The position numbers were made by a program, and so were the translations under genes. The notes below the pieces were generated by a model that saw nothing but the letters and a program-made list of their open reading frames with translations, made no database searches and had not been told where the DNA came from. Positions 7,678 through 14,413 of a stretch of 14,413 nt of DNA are shown piece after piece (position 1 is the stretch's first letter; each line of letters opens with the position of its first letter). Origin of the DNA: a virus. Lineage: Duplodnaviria > Heunggongvirae > Uroviricota > Caudoviricetes. Location of the stretch: IMG/VR virus record IMGVR_UViG_2663762810_000008; one strand, given 5' to 3'.

Positions 7678-8229
7678 ATGACACAAGACTATGAACTGGT
7701 TGTGAAAGGAGTCCGCAATTTTGAGAATAAAGTGGCGGTAACTGTAGCCTTACGGGACAAAAAACGCTTTGACGGTGAAATTTTTGACCTGGACATCTCG
7801 CTGGACCGTGTTGAAGGTGCCGCGCTGGAGTTTTATGAGGCAGCAGCCAGAATGAGAATCAGACAGGTATTCCTGGATGTTGCTGCCGGGTTATGTGTAG
7901 GGGATGAGCAGTCGCCGGAAAAGCGCCCCATAATTTTAGAGGCGCAGAATGTGTGGATAACCTACAAAGGAAAGCTACCGGGAAGAATTACTGGTTCTCT
8001 GAAGACGCCACCGACGGCATTGCGGTCAGAAAAAGATGATATTGAATCGCCCATTGAAAAACTGGAGGGCAGCGTCGCTGATCTGAATAAAAAATTGTCG
8101 GTGCTGATCCCTTCTGAAGATGAAAAAAAACGCCGCGATGAGCAGTTTGCGGCGTTTTACGATTATTGCATTGAAGTTACTCGCAGGAATTTTGTGAAGA
8201 TTTTTGAGGAGGGTAAATCTCTTCAGTAA
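7678..8229 (+). CDS. Hypothetical protein between holin and endolysin (possibly YdfR/DUF1327-like, C-terminally extended)
   Basis: ATG at 7678, 4 nt after the holin stop (MTQDYELVVKGVRNFENKV...). The track start at 7657 overlaps the holin and is less likely. Resemblance to the small ydfR-type ORF of Qin-like lysis cassettes is from memory and not verified. Confidence 0.55.
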   Translation: MTQDYELVVKGVRNFENKVAVTVALRDKKRFDGEIFDLDISLDRVEGAALEFYEAAARMRIRQVFLDVAAGLCVGDEQSPEKRPIILEAQNVWITYKGKLPGRITGSLKTPPTALRSEKDDIESPIEKLEGSVADLNKKLSVLIPSEDEKKRRDEQFAAFYDYCIEVTRRNFVKIFEEGKSLQ

Positions 8230-8437
8230 GCTTAATGGCGGACGCTGCAATTAATTCAGGAAGGTCCGCAAGGTCATCTGTCAGTGGATATGATGAAAAA
8301 TCGGCGGCAGTTCTGTTAAGAAGCGCTTTAACTAATTCCTTTTCCTTCTCCGGCAACAAGTTGATTAGAGCTACGACTGCTTGCCTGAGTGCGATTAAAT
8401 CAGCAAAAGTTTGTTTTGGTAGATTTGTGTAATCCAT
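8177..8437 (-). CDS. Hypothetical protein, 86 aa, convergent with and overlapping the 3' end of the preceding ORF
   Basis: ORF MDYTNLPKQTFADLIALRQAVVALINLLPEKEKELVKALL... with a protein-like helical composition; fills an otherwise ~320-bp gap ahead of the endolysin. Start ATG at 8437 (track lists the GTG at 8443). No family recognised. Confidence 0.3.
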   Translation of the reverse strand: MDYTNLPKQTFADLIALRQAVVALINLLPEKEKELVKALLNRTAADFSSYPLTDDLADLPELIAASAIKLTEEIYPPQKSSQNSCE

Positions 8438-8550
8438 AGTCACCTCTGTGTTTATCAGATTGACATCCTCCTCCCGCCAGTGCCCATCACTGGTGAGGTA
8501 AGATTTAACATATCCGGGGATTTGAAGCCGATAAATCCTGATAAATATCC

Positions 8551-9578
<1,028 letters not shown>

Positions 9579-9941
9579 ATTAATATTAAATCGGATTATT
9601 TTTAGCGCTGAATGTGAAATTTAAATAAAAAGGACTCTTCCATGAGTCAAAATCCTTGAAATCTTAAGGGTAAGATAAAAGGTCATTAGACAGAATGACA
9701 CGTTTTATTAATAAATAAAGCTATTGTTTCATTCGTGTGTTTTTCTTTACAAAAGTAATCCTTGCTATGGTTGGTTAATCATGCGTTAATGGTGTTCTGG
9801 TTTGTTACAAAATTATCTGAAGCAGTCATTGTTATAATTTTATTATTTGTACCTCTTGAGATCTCCTTGTTGGTTTTTCTCTCTGATATTTTTTTTCGGA
9901 CCATTCTGCCCAAGGGCTAACTTCTTCAAAAGGTAATAATG

Positions 9942-10154
9942 ATGTCTAACAAAATGACTGGTTTAGTGAAATGGTTTAACCCTGAAAAAGGTTTTGGTTT
10001 CATCACGCCGAAAGATGGTAGCAAAGATGTGTTTGTCCATTTCTCAGTTATTCAGAGCAACGATTTCAAAACGTTAACTGAGAATCAGGAAGTCGAATTT
10101 GGTATTGAGAACGGACCTAAAGGCCCCGCGGCTGTTCATGTAGTGGCACTTTGA
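9942..10154 (+). CDS. cspI: Cold-shock protein CspI
   Basis: Translation [70 protein letters not shown] matches remembered CspI. Tandem ATGs at 9939 and 9942; long AT-rich 5' leader. Confidence 0.9.
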   Translation: MSNKMTGLVKWFNPEKGFGFITPKDGSKDVFVHFSVIQSNDFKTLTENQEVEFGIENGPKGPAAVHVVAL

Positions 10155-10358
10155 GGTAGAAAATATTACAAACCATATTCACTTTAGATGCCCGTGTTGC
10201 CATGGTTCTCAGTATAGAACATCATCTTTTGATGTTTCTGACAGGAATCCTTTCGGGGCAAAATGTATCTTTTGTAAATCAATGATGATTACATTTGATA
10301 ATATTTCACAATACTTAAATGTTAGCCGTCTGTCGTTAGATTTAAGAAAGTGAAAATG

Positions 10359-10381
10359 AAGGCTCCTTCGGGAGCTTTTTT
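10359..10381 (+). terminator. Intrinsic terminator downstream of cspI
   Basis: Direct: AAGGCTCC-TTCG-GGAGCTT stem with a UUCG tetraloop, followed by six T (10376-10381). Confidence 0.6.
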
Positions 10382-10425
10382 GCTTAGTGTCTAGTCGATG
10401 GATACTCACATATTACGGTAACATT

Positions 10426-10656
10426 ATGAAAAAAATAATAGTTTTTTTTAACTCTGAACCAGCAATGGTAGTGCCAGTGATGACCGGAGTTAACACCATC
10501 ATGCGTGAATATCCAAATGGCGAAACAACACACCTCACTGTAATGGCTGCAGGGTTTCCATCTCTGACCGGAGATCATAAAGTCATTTATGTAGCAGCGG
10601 ATCGACATGTAACTTCAGAAGAAATTCTGGAAGCAGCAATGAGACTCTTGAATTGA
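10426..10656 (+). CDS. Hypothetical small protein, 76 aa
   Basis: ORF MKKIIVFFNSEPAMVVPVMTGVNTIMREYPNGE... in the cspI-gnsB interval. The first ATG in frame is 10426 (track start 10387 is a GTG abutting the terminator T-run). No clear ribosome-binding site. Confidence 0.4.
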   Translation: MKKIIVFFNSEPAMVVPVMTGVNTIMREYPNGETTHLTVMAAGFPSLTGDHKVIYVAADRHVTSEEILEAAMRLLN

Positions 10657-10825
10657 TTTGATTCTAATGCATTGATAATAAATGATAATCATCTTTATCT
10701 GTTTGTGTGAAATTTAGACCGTCGTATGTTGATTATTGCGATGTTTCATCTTATCTTTTATACGTTTGCTCCATATAATTGACACTACTGTGTACCAGGA
10801 AAGTCATAACAGACTAAAAGAGGAA

Positions 10826-11002
10826 ATGATGAACATTGAAGAGTTAAAAACAAAAACAGAAGCAGATATTTCTGAATATATAACAAAAAAAATCATTGAG
10901 CTTAAGAAAAAGACCGGGAAAGAAGTTACCAGTATCCAGTTTACTGCACGGGAAAAAATGACTGGTCTTGAAAGCTATGATATCAAGATTGATTTAATCT
11001 AG
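10826..11002 (+). CDS. gnsB: GnsA/GnsB-family small protein
   Basis: 58-aa translation MMNIEELKTKTEADISEYITKKIIELKKKTGKEVTSIQFTAREKMTGLESYDIKIDLI matches the remembered GnsA/GnsB pattern. AAAAGAGGA ribosome-binding site; the longer track ORF is an upstream extension. Confidence 0.75.
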   Translation: MMNIEELKTKTEADISEYITKKIIELKKKTGKEVTSIQFTAREKMTGLESYDIKIDLI

Positions 11003-11067
11003 TATGTTTATAGTATTAGCATCAATTTCTCATCAGATGCTATTCAACAATACAAATTACCCATAAA

Positions 11068-11087
11068 CCTCGTTTTTACGGGGTTTT
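11068..11087 (+). terminator. Weak candidate terminator after the gnsB-like gene
   Basis: Direct: CCTCGT-TTTT-ACGGGG (6-bp stem including one G-U pair) followed by four T. Confidence 0.3.
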
Positions 11088-11297
11088 GTTATATTTAAAC
11101 ATTACCGAATAGATATAAATCTCGATTGTCGATGGTATTGGTTGTGTGACAATACCTAGTCTTTCCGGTATGCCTGAAGAGAATACAAACGACAGATTAT
11201 GTAAGGGAAACGCGCTGAAACTTTCACTCTTTCATGCTGAGTGATTTGACGTTATATTTTTAGCCGCAAGTGAAGAGCAAACGCATGGAGCGACAAA

Positions 11298-11504
11298 ATG
11301 CATAAAGATCAATACACTGATGCCCCCTCCCAGGAGCAGGTTCGTGTAAAAACTATGCTTAATAGCACCATTTCGATGGGTTACCCGGATGTTGTAATTG
11401 CATGTATAGAACATCAAGTATCTCTGGAAGCATTCAGGGCAATTGAGGCCGCGTTAGTAAAGCACGATAAGAATACGAAGGATTATTCCCTGGTGGTTGA
11501 CTGA
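11298..11504 (+). CDS. Hypothetical small prophage protein, 68 aa
   Basis: ORF with ATG start and GGAG site 8 nt upstream; lies just upstream of the cos/terminase region where small conserved ORFs sit in related cryptic prophages (recollection, uncertain). Confidence 0.5.
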   Translation: MHKDQYTDAPSQEQVRVKTMLNSTISMGYPDVVIACIEHQVSLEAFRAIEAALVKHDKNTKDYSLVVD

Positions 11505-11849
11505 TCACCATAACTGCTAACCATTCTGACCATTTCACAAGTGACAGAGTCAATATCGTATTCTGTCACTGTCAGGCTAATACAGTACTGCAATTCAACT
11601 ACAGCAATGCCTCGTATTTAGGTGAATTTACAATATCGTCCAGTTCGGATGCCGGCTGCATTTCTGAAGATAAGGCATTTCGGTTCGCGTATTTTCCCCT
11701 CATGCTCGTCAGTCCTGCGCGTAGTAAGAAACAGGACACTCACACTAATTTGTGTGGGCATGCTGTGATGTCCTTCTGAATTATCCCCACGCCATTATGT
11801 AAAGCTCTGTTTCAGATGCTCGTCACGGTTGTCAGGCTGTCGGGTCCTC

Positions 11850-12000
11850 CCTGGGGGGGGCCCTGCCACGGGGCGGGAGCGTCGCGGAAAAAGGCTAGTT
11901 TTTGCATTTTTATCGGCCACCATCATCTTTGCATCTTATTGATTATTAATGGTTGTTTGTTTTTTGTATGTCGAATTGAGTGTTTTTTGTTCGACATCGA
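11850..12000. other. cos-like DNA packaging site (putative cosN plus cosB-like inverted elements) upstream of the small terminase
   Basis: CCACGGGGCGGGAGCGTCGCGG (about 11866-11887) resembles the lambda cosN neighbourhood (ACGGGGCGGCGACCTCGCGGG, from memory). G8 run at 11853-11860. Inverted elements ATGTCGAA (11968-11975) and TTCGACAT (11990-11997) parallel the oppositely oriented R3/R2 sites of lambda cosB. Confidence 0.4.
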
Positions 12001-12056
12001 ACGCGTTTTCTTAAAGTTGTTCGCACGATGCATGTTTAAAGCTCTCCGGAGGAAAT

Positions 12057-12548
12057 ATGGATCATGAGTTGAAAAACCTGGTGCTGAATATTAATCAACT
12101 GGCGGCTTTATCTGGTCTGCACCGCCAGACTGTCGTGGCAAGACTGAAAAACATTCGTCCCGCTGGTGGACATGACAAACTCAAGCTATACCGGTTGACC
12201 GATATTCTGACTGAATTTATGGGGTTACCACCGCCGGTTGCTGAGGGCGAAATGGATCCACATGAACGCAAAGCCTGGTATCAGTCTGAACGTGAGCGTC
12301 TTAAGTTCGAACAGGAAACGGCACAACTCATTCCGGCCAGTGATGTCAGACGGGAGTTTGCCATCTGGGCAAAAGCGGTCGTGCAGGTGCTGGAGACATT
12401 ACCGGATATTCTGGAACGTGACTGCGGCCTGCAGCCTGCCGCTGTGAGCCGTGTTCAGTCCATTATTGATGATCTGCGCGATCAGATAGCCCTGCGGGTG
12501 ACCGAAGCAGGTGCGGATGATGAGGAGGAATTACAGCAGGAGGAGTAA
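12057..12548 (+). CDS. Terminase small subunit, Nu1-like
   Basis: 163-aa ORF with N-terminal HTH-like segment (LVLNINQLAALSGLHRQTVVARLKN) and acidic C-terminus; GGAGGA ribosome-binding site; stop overlaps the large-subunit start as TAATG; located just downstream of the cos-like site. Confidence 0.8.
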   Translation: MDHELKNLVLNINQLAALSGLHRQTVVARLKNIRPAGGHDKLKLYRLTDILTEFMGLPPPVAEGEMDPHERKAWYQSERERLKFEQETAQLIPASDVRREFAIWAKAVVQVLETLPDILERDCGLQPAAVSRVQSIIDDLRDQIALRVTEAGADDEEELQQEE

Positions 12549-14170
12549 TGCTGAATCAGGAAACCGCAAAGGCAGCACGAACCGATTCAGGTTATATCCT
12601 TCGCGCACCGAGACGAATGCGGGTTGCTGATGCCGTTGCTCAGTATATGCGGGTGCCCATGGGGGCCGGGAACTCAGTCCCGTGGGATCCGCTGGTGGCA
12701 CCGTATGTTATTGAGCCGATGAACTGCCTGGCCTCGCGTGAATACGACGCAGTGATATTTGTTGGCCCGGCACGAACTGGCAAGACTATCGGCCTGATTG
12801 ACGGCTGGGTGATTTACAACGTGATTTGCGATCCTGCTGATATGCTGATCATTCAGATGACGGAGGAAAAAGCCCGCGAACACTCCAAAAAACGACTTGC
12901 CAGAACGTTTCGCGTCAGCCCGGAAGTGGTCAGTCGCCTGAGTCCGAACAAAAATGACAACAACGTTTATGACAGAACATTCCTTGCTGGCAACTACCTG
13001 AAAATCGGCTGGCCGTCAGTCAATATCATGTCCTCATCAGATTATAAATGCGTGGCGCTGACGGATTATGACCGTTTTCCGGAAGATATTGATGGCGAGG
13101 GGGATGCCTTCTCTCTTGCCTCAAAACGTACCACCACATTTATGTCCAGTGGTATGACGCTGGTGGAGAGTTCCCCCGGCAGGGATGTGAAGGATGTGAA
13201 ATGGCGACGGACTTCACCGCATGAGGCTCCACCAACCACGGGGATACTGTCGCTCTATAACCGTGGCGATCGCCGTCGCTGGTACTGGCCCTGTCCACAC
13301 TGTGGTGAGTATTTTCAGCCCTGCGGCGATGTGGTTGCTGGTTTCCGTGATATTGCCGATCCCGTGCTGGCAAGTGAGGCGGCTTATATTCAGTGTCCTT
13401 CCTGTTCAGGACGGATTATGCCTGAACAAAAACGTGAGCTGAACGGACGTGGGGTCTGGTTGCGGGATGGTGAATCCATCAATGCGGATGGCAGTCGTTA
13501 TGGTGATCCCCGACGCTCACGTATTGCGTCATTCTGGATGGAGGGTCCGGCAGCTGCTTACCAGACACTCTCGCAACTCGTTTACAAACTGCTTGCTGCA
13601 GAACAGGAATACGAGACAACCGGAAGTGAAGAAACACTCAAGACGGTTATCAATACCGACTGGGGATTACCTTATCTTCCCCGTGCCAGCATGGAGCAAC
13701 GAAAAAGTGAACTGCTTGAGCAGCGGGCAGAGCCAGTTCCTTCCCGCAGTGTGCCGGATGGCGTTAATTTCCTGGTGGCGACAGTTGATGTGCAGGCGGG
13801 ACGTCATCGCCGTTTTGTGGTTCAGGTAACGGGCTATGGCAGCCGTGGCGAACGCTGGATTATTGATCGTTACAACATCACGCAGTCATTGCGCGGTGAC
13901 AGCGACGGGGAGAGCCAGCGAATTGATCCGGCCAGCTATCCGGAAGACTGGGATGTCCTGCTGACGGATGTTTTTCATAAAAGCTGGCCGCTGGCCTCCG
14001 ATCCTTCTCAACAAATGCGACTGATGGCAATGGCGGTGGACTCCGGCGGTGAAGACGGAGTCACTGATAATGCCTATAAATTCTGGCGTCGTTGCCGTCG
14101 TGATGGCCTTGGTAAACGTATTTACCTGTTTAAGGGCGACAGCATCCGGCGCGCAAAACTGATCACCCGT
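12548..14170 (+). pseudogene. Terminase large subunit (lambda gpA family), truncated after about 541 codons
   Basis: Manual translation from the ATG at 12548 shows no stop through the window end, which is why it is absent from the ORF track. Walker A (GPARTGKT), CPHCG zinc-finger-like motif, and blocks matching remembered lambda gpA (VATVDVQ...RWIIDRYNI; AVDSGGEDG...LFKGDS). The 3' boundary is approximate (plus or minus about 15 bp). Confidence 0.75.
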
Positions 14171-14413
14171 ATACGCGTGAATGAATGGTTCAGCGCGTAT
14201 GCGATGGCGGGTGTGGCTTACAGCCGTGTGTCGACTTTCTCCGGGGATTATCTCCGCGTAACTGACAACAAGGGGAAAACGCACGATGTGCTGACCGGAA
14301 GTGATGACGGTCGCCACAGCAACACGTCTCTGGCGTGGGGGGCTGGCGTGCAGTTTAACCCGACCGAATCCGTGGCCATTGATATTGCTTATGAAGGCTC
14401 CGGCAGTGGTGAC
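14171..14413 (+). pseudogene. lom: 3' fragment of a lom/ail/ompX-family outer-membrane protein gene, fused in frame to the truncated terminase; runs off the window end
   Basis: Translation VNEWFSAYAMAGVAYSRVSTFSGDYLRVTDNKGKTHDVLTGSDDGRHSNTSLAWGAGVQFNPTESVAIDIAYEGSGSGD carries the Ail/Lom/OmpX C-terminal signature (compare OmpX GAGLQFNPMENVALDFSYEQSR). No signal peptide or N-terminal strands are present. Confidence 0.7.

Noticed and set aside
8026-8432. ORFs 8026-8250 (minus) and 8235-8432 (plus)
   Set aside because: 8026-8250 is antisense within the 184-aa ORF; 8235-8432 is Ser-rich and antisense to the more protein-like minus-strand ORF at 8177-8437. Neither has a ribosome-binding site.
10209-10608. 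Minus-strand ORFs 10209-10409 and 10384-10608
   Set aside because: They span the cspI terminator and run antisense to the plus-strand small ORF; no start context; composition typical of AT-rich spurious frames.
11232-11417. Minus-strand 61-aa ORF
   Set aside because: Antisense to the plus-strand 68-aa ORF, which has a good ribosome-binding site.
11816-12067. Plus-strand 83-aa ORF spanning the cos-like site
   Set aside because: Runs through the G8 tract and cosB-like repeats directly into the Nu1 start; Cys/Phe-rich translation; better explained as non-coding packaging-site DNA.
12238-14317. ORFs 12238-12447, 12674-12883, 13140-13373, 13221-13442, 13449-13829 and 13886-14317
   Set aside because: All are alternative or antisense frames inside the small and large terminase coding sequences, whose own frames carry clear family motifs.

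Overview
This window reads as a heavily degraded, mosaic lambdoid cryptic prophage of an E. coli-like enterobacterium, with no rRNA, tRNA, CRISPR array or IS element detected. Left to right: a P4-family tyrosine integrase (386-1609); a visibly AT-rich orphan gene (1895-2614) that is the best candidate for undescribed cargo; a leftward early operon (excisionase/AlpA-like HTH, two DUF551-like paralogs, HD hydrolase, DUF2303-like); a 5'-truncated lambda-type Q antiterminator remnant followed by a pR'-like promoter and tR'-like terminator; cold-shock paralogs cspF/cspB/cspI interleaved with an S21-type pinholin, SAR endolysin and Rz/Rz1 lysis cassette that carries two extra ORFs between holin and endolysin; a gnsB-like gene; a cos-like site; a Nu1-like small terminase; and a large terminase (Walker A present) that is truncated after about 541 codons and fused in frame to the 3' half of a lom/ail-family gene, where the window ends. 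The large terminase ORF is absent from the ORF track only because it has no stop inside the window. All family assignments come from reading the translations against remembered motifs and protein sequences; no database search or GC computation was run.
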